From positions 1 to 64,000 of the IMG/VR virus record IMGVR_UViG_3300033067_002502: a stretch of DNA of 64,000 bases. One strand, written 5' to 3'. The first letter of the stretch is position 1. Each line of letters starts with the position of its first letter. Position numbers and translations under genes: made by a program. Below the pieces are notes generated by a model, which was given only the letters and a program-made list of their open reading frames with translations, ran no database searches and was not told where the DNA came from. Below, piece after piece: positions 17,999 to 27,911 of this stretch. The stretch comes from a virus (taxonomy: Duplodnaviria > Caudoviricetes).

Positions 17999-20900
17999 AT
18001 GGCAAAAGAAAAAAAACAGAAAATAGAAACAAAGATAGATCCTTTTAAGGAATTAAGATCTAAAATTAAAACAGAATCTCAAGTTTCTGTAAAAATGCCA
18101 AGCATTTTAGACTTTGTAGACAGTGATGATTTTTTAGGACTTACACACTCAAACCCTCCTATACATCTTTATGATTTACAAAAATTAGTATTAAAGTGTT
18201 TCTATAGAGGAAGTGATGGTAATGAAAACTTAACTCTATCTCCCGAAGATATAATTCTTATTGAAAAAAATAAACTTAATGAAGTTTCTAACGGATGCCT
18301 TTTAGATAAATGGAAATCAGGAAATCATTTTAGAGAGCTTGTTCTTGTTTGGGGAAGGCGTTGTTTATCTGAAAATTCAGAAATAGTTGATACAGAAACA
18401 GGAAAAGTTTGGCAATTGGGAGAATTGTGGAATTACGGTAAAAAAGATATATCTTCTTGGACTTATGATGAATCTTTGAAGAAGATGATTAATATTAGTG
18501 GATGCAATCTTGTTTATCAGGGTAAAAGAGAAGTTTTTAAAATTCAAACAGTTTCTGGACACGAAATAGAAGCAACAGATAATCACCCAATGATGACAGA
18601 CAAGGGATGGGTTGAAGTTAAAAATCTTAGACCAAAAGATAAAATTGCGATATCTTTATCTCAACCTTTTTTTGGAAGTAGTAACGAACTAAAAGAAGAC
18701 GAAGCTTCTATTCTTGGATACTTAAGTAGTAATTCTTTTGATTCAACAAGTTGTTATATATCAACTATATTGAATGATGGAGATGTTTTTGAAGATTTTA
18801 AGAAAAAAGCAGCAAGCATAAGTAGTGAAATTAAAATAGAATCAGCAGATAATTATAACATAAAATCTAATAATGAAAAAAAATACAATTATGTTATTGC
18901 TCAAAAAGCAACAGCAGAAAATTCAGAAGATTCTAACATTATAACTTTTATTAAGAATAATGGATTAAAAAACAAAACAGGAGATCAGAAATTTGTTCCA
19001 ACTAGAATATTTACTTCTCCTAAAAAGATTGTTGCTTCTTATCTAAGATCTCTTTTTAGTTGCGATAATTATGTATCTTTTTCTAATATATCAAGATTTA
19101 GTTCGAAAATTGAAATATTTTTTAGTAGTTTAGTTTTAGTTAAACAAGTTCAGCATCTCTTGTCAAGGTTTGGTATTTTTTCATCTTTTCAATCTAAATT
19201 AGTAAATAAAAAGACTGAGCATATATTATCTATTTCAAAAAATTCTTATGTTAAATTATTTGTAAATGAAATAGGGTTTATTGGTAAAAAAGAATTTGAA
19301 AAAGAGGTAAAAGAAAATGTAGAAATAGATAGCGATTTTAGTCCTATCGTTTTTTCTCCAATATTTTCAATAAAGAAAATAGGAATTAAAAAAACTTTTG
19401 ATTTGCAAGTTTCTGACAAAGATTATTTACAAAATTTTGTTTCTAATGGGTTTATTTGCCACAATTGTATATCTGAAGATGGAATTCTTACTGACGCAAG
19501 GACTGGAGAACGCTTTACATTTAAACAAGCCTGGGAACAAGAAAAGATAGTTTCTTCTTGGACTTACGATGAAAATAAAAATCAAATGGTGATTGTTGAT
19601 GATTGTAATATCATTAAACAAGAACGTAGGATGGTTTATAAAATAACAGATTCTTTTGGTAATCAAATTGAAGTTACTGACAATCATCCTTTTTTAACAC
19701 AAAGAGGGTGGGTTGAAACAAAAGATCTACAAACAGGAGATAGTTTTAGCATTTCAACAACACTTCCTTTATCTTTTGGAAATTCTGATGCTATATCTGA
19801 AAATGAAGCTGCTATTTTAGGATACATAACCGGAGATGGCTGTTGTTCTAAAGGTTCTGTGTTTTTTACAGCAAAAAATGAAGAGATTCGAAAAGATCTT
19901 GAAAGTAGGTTGAATTTATTAAGTGATAATTTAGAAATTGTTCAAGATATTTGGACTAAAGCTGATAGTAAAAAATATGCTTATAAAGTTCGTTCAAAAA
20001 ATATAGAATATGAGAATTTTAAAGAAGAATCAGTATTGCGGACAAAAACTCGTAGGAAGAAAAATGATTTAGTAAAACTTCTTGAAAAACATGATTTAAT
20101 GGGAAAAACTTGCCACGACAAGTGTGTTCCAAATTTGTTATGGAATTGTCCAAAGAACGTTATTGCTGCATATTTAAAACACTTATTTAGTTGTGACGGA
20201 TGGGTTATGCTTAAAAAGGTAAAAAACAAAGTCTTTCCTTGTATAGGCTTTGCAACATCAAATGGAAGACAAGCTATTGCAGTTGCTCAATTATTAAGTA
20301 AATTTGGTATTATTTGCAATATAAGGAAAAAGAAATGCAATACAAAAATATTTACTGAAGGGAAATTGTATGAATATAAAAATACATCAAGTTTTGAATT
20401 GTATTTTTTAAAAAGAGACTATATACTTTTATTTATTGATAAAATCGGATTTATTGGTAAAGACAAAAATACAATAAATCAAGTAAAAATGTTAGCAGAA
20501 AAAACAAAAGGAAATATAACTAAATGCAAAAATACAATATTTACTGATTTTGTTAGCAAGGAAAGCTTAGAAGAAAAACAAACTTTTGATTTACAAGTTA
20601 GTGATCAAAAGCATTTACAAAATTTTGTATGTAATAACTATATAGTTTCGAACTCGGGAAAAGACTTCCTAACATCTATTATAGCATTATATGAAGCAAT
20701 GAGGCTACTAGAAACTCCTGGAGGCAATCCTTATAAGACGTACAATCTTGCATCTGCAACTCCTTTTACAATTCTAACTATAGCAAATTCTTCAACTCAA
20801 GCTCAAGTCCTTTTTAGAGAAATTAAAGATAAAGTCTTAAGAAGTGATTATTTTAAAGATAAAATTATTCCAGAAGGTGTTACTTCTGACTCAATCCACT

Positions 20901-22201
20901 TTTTAACACCAGAAGATAAAAGAAGAAACGAAGAACTTGTTTCTCAAGGGCATTCTCCCGGCCTTGGTTCTATTGTTGTTAAATCAGGTCATAGTAATTC
21001 TGACTCTTTGGTAGGTATTTCTTGTTATGTTTTATTATTGGACGAAATAGGTTTGTATAAAAACACAGCAGGATCTTCTTCTGGAGATGCTATTTATAAC
21101 TCTCTTGGACCAGCTGTTAAAACATATGTTAGAGAAGTTCCTAAATTAGATTCTAATTGTAAGCCTATTATTGGAGATAATGGCGTTGCTGTTACGGAAA
21201 AAATTTATGATGGTAAAATAATTTGTCTTTCGACACCGAGAGGCAAGGGTGGCATCTTCTTTGAGCTTTATAACAATCATCAAGAAGTAAACCATAGATT
21301 AGTTTGTAGGGCTGCAACTTGGCAAGTTAACCCAATGCAAACAAAAGAAGGATTAATGGCTTCTTTTCCAGATATGCCAGAAGAAAAATTTAGTATGGAA
21401 TTTGGAGCAGAATTTTCTGGAACAGCAGGTGTTAACTTCTTTAATGAAACAGATGTTGATTATTGTTTTCAAGATAAGTCGTTGAAATTTAGAGATTTTG
21501 GAGTTCCTGGTATGTTTTATTTTGCTCATTTAGATCCAGCAACTTCTAGCCATAATTACGCATTGGTTCTTGCTCATAAAGAGGTTTATTTTGATTTTGA
21601 AGCTCATAAAAGAGAATGGAAGATTGTAGTAGATCATATAAAATATTGGAGTCCTTCTCCTAACAATCCAATATCTGTAGAAGAAGTAGATAATTATGTT
21701 GCCGATTTGAACTTTAAATTTTGTATAGGACTTGTTACTTATGATCATTTTAACAGTCAGACAAGTATTGTAAAATTAAGAAAAAAAGGAATACCAACAA
21801 AAATGACTGCTTATACAAAGCAGTATAAAAATATTATATATGATAATTTATATCAATTAGTAATTCAAAAAAGATTATGTATACCAAATCATCTTCTTTT
21901 AAAGAACGAAATGAAGAGTTTACAAAGAAAATATACAGATAATGGATATAAGGTTTATCCTAAAAAAGATGGAGATGTAACAACAGACGACATTACTGAC
22001 GCATTAGCTGGTGCTTGTTATAATTGTATAGAAAAAGAATTAAATAGACTTCCGCAAGGAAAATTGGTATCACTTCCAGTACAAGGTACTAGTGATATAG
22101 TCTGGAGGTCCATGTCTGGGCAACCATACGGAGTTGGTTCAGGTCAGCAGGTTGCTAAGAAAATGGAAGAAAGGTCTTCACTTTATAGAAGAGGAATGTA
22201 A
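17999..22201 (+). CDS. terL: terminase large subunit with two tandem inteins
   Basis: Spliced Walker A LVWGRR|SGKD, Walker B LLLDEIG, coupling motif LSTP, nuclease motifs HLDPA, TYD and DDITDALAG. Confidence 0.92.
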   Translation: MAKEKKQKIETKIDPFKELRSKIKTESQVSVKMPSILDFVDSDDFLGLTHSNPPIHLYDLQKLVLKCFYRGSDGNENLTLSPEDIILIEKNKLNEVSNGCLLDKWKSGNHFRELVLVWGRRCLSENSEIVDTETGKVWQLGELWNYGKKDISSWTYDESLKKMINISGCNLVYQGKREVFKIQTVSGHEIEATDNHPMMTDKGWVEVKNLRPKDKIAISLSQPFFGSSNELKEDEASILGYLSSNSFDSTSCYISTILNDGDVFEDFKKKAASISSEIKIESADNYNIKSNNEKKYNYVIAQKATAENSEDSNIITFIKNNGLKNKTGDQKFVPTRIFTSPKKIVASYLRSLFSCDNYVSFSNISRFSSKIEIFFSSLVLVKQVQHLLSRFGIFSSFQSKLVNKKTEHILSISKNSYVKLFVNEIGFIGKKEFEKEVKENVEIDSDFSPIVFSPIFSIKKIGIKKTFDLQVSDKDYLQNFVSNGFICHNCISEDGILTDARTGERFTFKQAWEQEKIVSSWTYDENKNQMVIVDDCNIIKQERRMVYKITDSFGNQIEVTDNHPFLTQRGWVETKDLQTGDSFSISTTLPLSFGNSDAISENEAAILGYITGDGCCSKGSVFFTAKNEEIRKDLESRLNLLSDNLEIVQDIWTKADSKKYAYKVRSKNIEYENFKEESVLRTKTRRKKNDLVKLLEKHDLMGKTCHDKCVPNLLWNCPKNVIAAYLKHLFSCDGWVMLKKVKNKVFPCIGFATSNGRQAIAVAQLLSKFGIICNIRKKKCNTKIFTEGKLYEYKNTSSFELYFLKRDYILLFIDKIGFIGKDKNTINQVKMLAEKTKGNITKCKNTIFTDFVSKESLEEKQTFDLQVSDQKHLQNFVCNNYIVSNSGKDFLTSIIALYEAMRLLETPGGNPYKTYNLASATPFTILTIANSSTQAQVLFREIKDKVLRSDYFKDKIIPEGVTSDSIHFLTPEDKRRNEELVSQGHSPGLGSIVVKSGHSNSDSLVGISCYVLLLDEIGLYKNTAGSSSGDAIYNSLGPAVKTYVREVPKLDSNCKPIIGDNGVAVTEKIYDGKIICLSTPRGKGGIFFELYNNHQEVNHRLVCRAATWQVNPMQTKEGLMASFPDMPEEKFSMEFGAEFSGTAGVNFFNETDVDYCFQDKSLKFRDFGVPGMFYFAHLDPATSSHNYALVLAHKEVYFDFEAHKREWKIVVDHIKYWSPSPNNPISVEEVDNYVADLNFKFCIGLVTYDHFNSQTSIVKLRKKGIPTKMTAYTKQYKNIIYDNLYQLVIQKRLCIPNHLLLKNEMKSLQRKYTDNGYKVYPKKDGDVTTDDITDALAGACYNCIEKELNRLPQGKLVSLPVQGTSDIVWRSMSGQPYGVGSGQQVAKKMEERSSLYRRGM
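18362..19465 (+). mobile_element. terminase intein 1 (368 aa, degenerate LAGLIDADG)
   Basis: Starts CLSENS, block B TDNHP, ends FICHN; LAGLIDADG-position motifs ILGYLSSNS and LFSCDN are eroded. Confidence 0.92.
19466..20653 (+). mobile_element. terminase intein 2 (396 aa, LAGLIDADG)
   Basis: Starts CISEDG, TDNHP, ILGYITGDG, LFSCDG, ends YIVSN followed by Ser. Confidence 0.92.
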
Positions 22202-22202
22202 A

Positions 22203-23573
22203 ATGGCTTTTAATTTAAAGAAAAACGCACAAAATAAGAATAAAATTATTCTTCCAACAGAGACAAAGTTGCAAAATAATAATGATAAACTCAATTTGTC
22301 TCTAAAGCAAGATAAAACGGTTTCGCATTATGATGCTTTGTTAGATAAAGATAGAAGGCCTTATAATGGAACTGTTGTTACTCACGAAGCGATGCTTGAT
22401 GAAGTAAGAAAGAAAGCAGATTCTCCAGAAAAAACAACAGAAGGAAGACTAGAAGACGTTGACTCTCCTTTGTTTCCTCATAGGCAATTTGCAAACGGAG
22501 AAGATAAGTATCAAGTAGCTCCTGTAAATGCAATGACTCATGCTTTTGATAGAAAGTATAGAGATGCTTTTTCTAAAGTAAATAAAGGAGCAGATACTGC
22601 TTTTTGGGATAAGTATGTAGGAGATCAACTTGATGGTAAAATGACGAAAGTTCCTTCGAATTTGCCTCAGTCAGGAAGTCAGCTTCATGATAATCCAGAA
22701 AGATTTGGAAAGCTTAAAAACATTCCTTTAGATCCAAGTGCTATTGTTAATAGAAAGAATTTTGATGTAGGTCTTGAAATTAGCCCTATGCACGGTTTTG
22801 CTAGTGGTGAAAAAGGAATAACTATTGCAGAAGACATAAGAGTTTCTTTGGCTTCTATAAAGAATGCAGATAGTTTACTTTTTGGTATATACTTAAAAGC
22901 TGCAAAAGAAAATAGAGAAATAACAGATATAGAGAAAGAAATTATTGATGGCATTAATAAAGACAAGTCTAGTCTTATGATTTCTTTAGCTCAAAATTCT
23001 CCATTAATTCCTCCTCCTAATCCAATTAATCAAAACCCAAGTGAATTTGATGAGACTGGTGCTGATTTTGAAGACAATAACCCTAATTCAGACATAAATG
23101 GGAATGAAGTAGAATGGGGATCTCAGTCTGGTTTTGATAGAGATTCTTATGAAAACGGATTGCCACCTGAAACTGAATTTCCGCAAAATTTAGAAAATAG
23201 TAATTCAATAGGCGATTCCTCTTTTGATCCTAATATGGGGATTGAGCCTGATGTTGCAGATGGTCATGGAAACGATCCAATAGATTCTCCTTTTGGATTA
23301 GATGACAGAATTCCAACTCCAGAAGATGCTGATAGAGATATGGGTATTGGAAAATATTCACAACCAGAGCCAGAGAATGTTGACCAATTTGGGGGATCTG
23401 ATTCTTCAGTAAATCCTACTGAAACAGTAAATCCTACTGAATCTAAACCGTCTTATTTTGATTTAGGAACAAGTCCTTCAGTAGATCAGCCTTTTCGCTC
23501 AAATTTAGAAAAGAAAAAATTGAATATTGATAAAACAATTCCACAAGAAGGAATAGATGAAACTCCCTTTTAA
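22203..23573 (+). CDS. putative head internal/core protein
   Basis: Starts MAFNLKKNAQ; T-x-E-x2-L repeats; acidic Pro-rich tail. Confidence 0.6.
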   Translation: MAFNLKKNAQNKNKIILPTETKLQNNNDKLNLSLKQDKTVSHYDALLDKDRRPYNGTVVTHEAMLDEVRKKADSPEKTTEGRLEDVDSPLFPHRQFANGEDKYQVAPVNAMTHAFDRKYRDAFSKVNKGADTAFWDKYVGDQLDGKMTKVPSNLPQSGSQLHDNPERFGKLKNIPLDPSAIVNRKNFDVGLEISPMHGFASGEKGITIAEDIRVSLASIKNADSLLFGIYLKAAKENREITDIEKEIIDGINKDKSSLMISLAQNSPLIPPPNPINQNPSEFDETGADFEDNNPNSDINGNEVEWGSQSGFDRDSYENGLPPETEFPQNLENSNSIGDSSFDPNMGIEPDVADGHGNDPIDSPFGLDDRIPTPEDADRDMGIGKYSQPEPENVDQFGGSDSSVNPTETVNPTESKPSYFDLGTSPSVDQPFRSNLEKKKLNIDKTIPQEGIDETPF

Positions 23574-24030
23574 TTTATCTAAACAAGCAAGAAGAGGATC
23601 TGATCCACCAGAAGCATTTAATCAAGGGATTAAAGATCCTTATGGACTTAAAAGAGGAAAACCAGGTAGCGGAGAAGGTTCTGATTTAACAAGACCAGGA
23701 AGCGTTGGTTTTTCAAATCAAGCACCTAGTTCTGGTGGAGGTATTTCCGATAATAAAGAATGGCCCTCTGATAGACCTTTTTTTGATGATGAAGATGGAT
23801 ATCCAAAAAGAGATAACGGTACTGGAATTGTAACAGATCATGGATTACTTTTGCATGATGATGCAGAAATTGGACAAGGATCTGGACAAGGTAGCGGAGA
23901 TGCGGTTCTTGGAGTTAATGAGACAGTAACAAGAGAAATGACGAATAATAGAGACAGGCCATTTAATCTAACAAATAATAACAACCCTTTGAAAGAAGTA
24001 AGGCCTAGGCTTAGAAGTTTAAATTTTTGA
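23557..24030 (+). CDS. hypothetical, putative head internal protein
   Basis: Starts MKLPFNLSKQAR; G/D-rich. Confidence 0.6.
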   Translation: MKLPFNLSKQARRGSDPPEAFNQGIKDPYGLKRGKPGSGEGSDLTRPGSVGFSNQAPSSGGGISDNKEWPSDRPFFDDEDGYPKRDNGTGIVTDHGLLLHDDAEIGQGSGQGSGDAVLGVNETVTREMTNNRDRPFNLTNNNNPLKEVRPRLRSLNF

Positions 24031-24042
24031 AAGGATTAGAAA

Positions 24043-24624
24043 ATGAAGATGAAAGTTGTTTCCACAATGAAGGGTAAATTAACAATACCTTATGTTTACG
24101 GTTCATATAAAGCAGGAGAAGAAGTATCTCTTACAAAAGATCAAGTAGAAAGTTCTGATATCCAAAATTTATTAAATATAGGTCTTATTGAATTTGTTGA
24201 TAAAAAAGACAAAAAGGCAGAAGAATCTCTTATTTCTTATAAAAATTTAACAAAAAGTATTTTGTCTTTTTCTTGGGGATCTACAATCCGTCCTTCTCAG
24301 ACGTTCTTTTTATCTAATAAAAATGCAGAATCCACAGAAGTTGAACAATTAGTTAAGGCTGGTAAGATGTGTAAGTCTTTGAAGTCAGATAAAGAGACGG
24401 ATAAAAAAATAAAGAAAGTTTCTGAAAAACAACCTTATATTGTTAATCCAAATAAAGAAAAAACAGAAAAGATTGTTTCAAAAGATGTTCACATTCATGT
24501 TCCTAAAAACATAAAAGAATCTTCTCTTTTTGAAGATTCTGAAGAATTAGAATTTGTAGATATAAAGCAAGCAAAAGAAAGGCTTGCCAAAACAAAAAAA
24601 TCTTTACAGGATAAGAACGGTTAA
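24043..24624 (+). CDS. hypothetical protein with two ~50-aa repeats
   Basis: AAAGGA RBS; two modules ending S-x2-[IV]-x2-L-x3-G. Confidence 0.65.
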   Translation: MKMKVVSTMKGKLTIPYVYGSYKAGEEVSLTKDQVESSDIQNLLNIGLIEFVDKKDKKAEESLISYKNLTKSILSFSWGSTIRPSQTFFLSNKNAESTEVEQLVKAGKMCKSLKSDKETDKKIKKVSEKQPYIVNPNKEKTEKIVSKDVHIHVPKNIKESSLFEDSEELEFVDIKQAKERLAKTKKSLQDKNG

Positions 24625-25229
24625 TGAAAGAGATTATTTCTAAAAACATATCTCCTAAGTGGTTAAAAAGGAGAAAAAAAGATGAAGCCAAGCTTACGCA
24701 GTATTGGTCTAACATGTATCCTACTGACTATGCAAAAGATATGACTAGAGATTATTTGGCATTTAGTAATGGATTGATAAAAATGGCGAACGATGCTGTT
24801 GATGTTGTTTTTAGCGGAGAATTAAGGCAAACCGAAGACGGTTTTGTTTTTGTTGACGTTCCTGATTCTGTATTTGAAGGTTTGTTGCCTTTGTTGGGAG
24901 AAAACGCAGAACGCCCTCCAAAAAATGAAAAACATTATAATGATATCGGAGCGCATATTACTGTAATGAAAAGAAGCGAAGTAGAAGATAATAATATTAA
25001 ATTCAAACATGTTGGTAAAAAAGTTTCTTATCAAATGAAAGGCGTTAAAAAGGTTGAAAATCCTGACGGATGGGATTCTATGGAATCTGTTTGGTTTATT
25101 TCTATTGAATCTCCAGATCTACAAAACATAAGAAGAATGTACGGTCTTTCTCCTACTATAAAAGATCATGATTTTCATATTACTCTTGGAGTTAAGAGAA
25201 GAATCTTGGAGGATTTAGATAATGCTTAA
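24624..25229 (+). CDS. 2H phosphoesterase with N-terminal extension
   Basis: Two HxT motifs: GAHITV and DFHITLG. Confidence 0.85.
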   Translation: MKEIISKNISPKWLKRRKKDEAKLTQYWSNMYPTDYAKDMTRDYLAFSNGLIKMANDAVDVVFSGELRQTEDGFVFVDVPDSVFEGLLPLLGENAERPPKNEKHYNDIGAHITVMKRSEVEDNNIKFKHVGKKVSYQMKGVKKVENPDGWDSMESVWFISIESPDLQNIRRMYGLSPTIKDHDFHITLGVKRRILEDLDNA

Positions 25230-25968
25230 TCTTTTGAAAAAAGAACTTACATTTCAAGGAATTTCTATTTCTCCTAAAGGTTTAATAAAAATGGAAAAAG
25301 GAGAAGTTCCTTTAAATCACGCTGCTGCCTCTTTTAAAAGTAAGGCAAAACTAGCATATAATATTGTTCAAGATTTGTGGAATGATTTAGGAAGATTACT
25401 GAAAAATAGCCAACCTCAAAGAAGCAAACCTCCAGAAGGGATAGAAAATATTTTTATTCATTCCTTACAAGGACTGAAGAGGATGATTCGTCTTTATCCC
25501 GGTCTTATTTATTTTGAAGAAATTGACAATGCAATATGTTCAGCTTTGTGTAGTGATGTAAATCATTTTTCTTATATAACAATGTCAAAAGTTATAGAAT
25601 TTAAAATGGCAATAGAGTGGGTTGGTCATATTATATCCAAGAATTTGTATATTAAGTCTCTTATTACTATATATGATTTAAAAAGAAAAAACAAAGATGT
25701 TATAATAGCAAAAGGAGTTCACGGTCCTTATGCTAATCTTGATATGCCTATTCAAGAAAGATGTTTTTCTTGGTCTGAGATAAGCGATGAAGTTGCAGGA
25801 AGAGAAAAAGACAAAGAAGGACAAAGTAGATATACTATGGGTCTTGAAGGTTATAATGATGGAAAATTGAATGAAGGATTTGTTTGGCGAGAAGTAAGAA
25901 ATGAACCATTTTTGTGGGGCAAGGAAGGGGAAAACCCTTATCCACATAGGAATAGTCTTTGGTCATGA
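25222..25968 (+). CDS. hypothetical protein
   Basis: GGAGG RBS; overlaps neighbours. Confidence 0.7.
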   Translation: MLNLLKKELTFQGISISPKGLIKMEKGEVPLNHAAASFKSKAKLAYNIVQDLWNDLGRLLKNSQPQRSKPPEGIENIFIHSLQGLKRMIRLYPGLIYFEEIDNAICSALCSDVNHFSYITMSKVIEFKMAIEWVGHIISKNLYIKSLITIYDLKRKNKDVIIAKGVHGPYANLDMPIQERCFSWSEISDEVAGREKDKEGQSRYTMGLEGYNDGKLNEGFVWREVRNEPFLWGKEGENPYPHRNSLWS

Positions 25969-26216
25969 AAAAAATATCTACTAAATCTTATATTGAATCT
26001 CAAATGCAAACTCTTCGTTTTAATCCAAATAGATTGAAGAATCCTCAGCAACAGCCACAGAACGATCCTCGAATTAAGACTTTTCAGCAAGCTTTTACAT
26101 CTCTTGGTTTGAATGGGATATCATCTATTTCTCAACCTGACACAATGGTTTTAGATAGTATACAAATGGAAATAAGAAAAAAACTTCGTTCATTCGGAGT
26201 TCAAGTAGGATTCTAA
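25965..26216 (+). CDS. hypothetical protein
   Basis: ATGA overlap; starts MKKISTKSYIESQ. Confidence 0.6.
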   Translation: MKKISTKSYIESQMQTLRFNPNRLKNPQQQPQNDPRIKTFQQAFTSLGLNGISSISQPDTMVLDSIQMEIRKKLRSFGVQVGF

Positions 26217-26218
26217 TA

Positions 26219-26596
26219 ATGGAAAAAACAGCTCAACAGTCTCTTCTTGATATTCTTTTACAAATCATGCCGGCTTTACAAGATGTAAAGTCTCGAATGA
26301 TAAATGGAAAAGATCCAGCTAATGAAACTCTTTATTCTGTGTGGGATAAATCAAATAAATCTGCTAGTAGAAAATTTATAAAACCAACAAACGTTGCATC
26401 AAAAGATATTAAAAAAATGGAGACAGCTGGATTAATTGAAGATCAAGGTAAGTATCTTAAAGTAACAGAAAAAGGGGCTCAAGCTATAAAAGTTATGATC
26501 TTAAATGACAATTCTTTTGCTCTTGGAAAAAAAGCACACAATGCAAAAGATTTAGGATGGTACGAAAGATTAAAAAATGAAAACTATTTATCTTGA
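26219..26596 (+). CDS. hypothetical protein with winged-helix-like segment
   Basis: Starts MEKTAQ; KKMETAGLIEDQGKYLKVTEKG resembles a wHTH wing. Confidence 0.6.
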   Translation: MEKTAQQSLLDILLQIMPALQDVKSRMINGKDPANETLYSVWDKSNKSASRKFIKPTNVASKDIKKMETAGLIEDQGKYLKVTEKGAQAIKVMILNDNSFALGKKAHNAKDLGWYERLKNENYLS

Positions 26597-26942
26597 AATT
26601 TTTTATAGTAAAGAAAAGAAGCACCAAAAAGTTATTAATAATCATTTTTGGTTTGATATTGATGAGAAAGAACTAAAAACATTTTCAGGGGGTTCTTTGA
26701 AGTTTAAGTATGATATAAACGATAATAAAATGAAACCTTATGTAGAAGATTTAGATATTCTAACATATGAAAACAAATCAAATAAAGAAAAAATACTATC
26801 ATGGATTTCTTCCAATAAAGATTTTGTTTCCATCAATGCAGAATATTCAAATTCTCAAAATATTGCTATAGACGTAGAAGACGAAAACGAATTAACTGTT
26901 ATTGATATGATTGAAAGAGTTGGGTTTAGATATGGAAATTAA
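26577..26942 (+). CDS. hypothetical protein
   Basis: ORF within the operon. Confidence 0.6.
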   Translation: MKTIYLEIFYSKEKKHQKVINNHFWFDIDEKELKTFSGGSLKFKYDINDNKMKPYVEDLDILTYENKSNKEKILSWISSNKDFVSINAEYSNSQNIAIDVEDENELTVIDMIERVGFRYGN

Positions 26943-27897
26943 TACAATACCAACATTGAGAGTTAAAATAGCAGACACTCCAGAAGAGCAAGCTAAAGGT
27001 CTTATGTTTATAAAGAATTTAGAAAAAGACTCTGGTATGCTTTTTATTTTTGGTTCAACTCAAAAGCTTAGTTTTTGGGGTGAAAATACATTTCTTCCTC
27101 TTGATATAGCTTTTGTTGATGAAAAAAATAGTATAGTAAAAATTGACAGAATATCTCCTTTATCAAGGAAATCAGTAAGTAGTGGTGTTCCGTGTAAATA
27201 TGCAATAGAAGCAAATACTGGATTTTTTGTATCTAACGGAATAAAGATTGGAGATAGGATAATTATTAATAAAAGAGATTCTTTTGTTCTTTTTGCCAAA
27301 AGAGATTCTAAAGAATCTCTAGGTTCTTTTAGATTTGCTCAAAATCTTCCAGATGAAATTCCTCAGCAATTCTCTACTTTATCAGACTATTTCGATAATT
27401 ACGATCAACAACAATTAGATAAAGACAATCAAGAAGAAAGAAATTTGCCTTCCTTAAGTCAAGACGAAATAGGTCAATACATGGAAGACTCTATTGAAGA
27501 ACAAAAAGACATGCAAGAACAAGAAGGCCTTCCTGTAGAAGAGCCTCCTTCTTTAGATCAATTAGAACCAAAAAGTCTTGAAGAATTGGAAAAGATGCCA
27601 AGATTTTCTAATATATCAGATGCATTTAATTGGGGTCAAGAAAATAAACAAGTTATCAAGATCTCTTATCAAACGTCTTCTAAAAAGAAGGGAACTAGGA
27701 TGTTTGGCAATAATATGATTACTAGATACATAGAACCTCATGGAAGATTTACCTCTCATCCAAAATCAGAGCCTTCTAAAGAAATTCTTGTAACGTTTGA
27801 TGAAACAGTTGGAGGGATACGAGCTTTTCGTATGCAAAATGTTAAAACTTTTTCTTTTGTTGGAAGAGAATTTAGGCCTAAGTTTACGGTAAGATAA
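26932..27897 (+). CDS. DUF192 domain fused to a C-terminal WYL-like domain
   Basis: IADTPEEQAKGLMF...GMLFIF...NTFLPLDIAF (DUF192); ISY...RYIEPH...FDETVGGIRAFRMQNV (WYL-like). Confidence 0.75.
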   Translation: MEINTIPTLRVKIADTPEEQAKGLMFIKNLEKDSGMLFIFGSTQKLSFWGENTFLPLDIAFVDEKNSIVKIDRISPLSRKSVSSGVPCKYAIEANTGFFVSNGIKIGDRIIINKRDSFVLFAKRDSKESLGSFRFAQNLPDEIPQQFSTLSDYFDNYDQQQLDKDNQEERNLPSLSQDEIGQYMEDSIEEQKDMQEQEGLPVEEPPSLDQLEPKSLEELEKMPRFSNISDAFNWGQENKQVIKISYQTSSKKKGTRMFGNNMITRYIEPHGRFTSHPKSEPSKEILVTFDETVGGIRAFRMQNVKTFSFVGREFRPKFTVR

Positions 27898-27911
27898 GGA
27901 GTTTGGATTAT

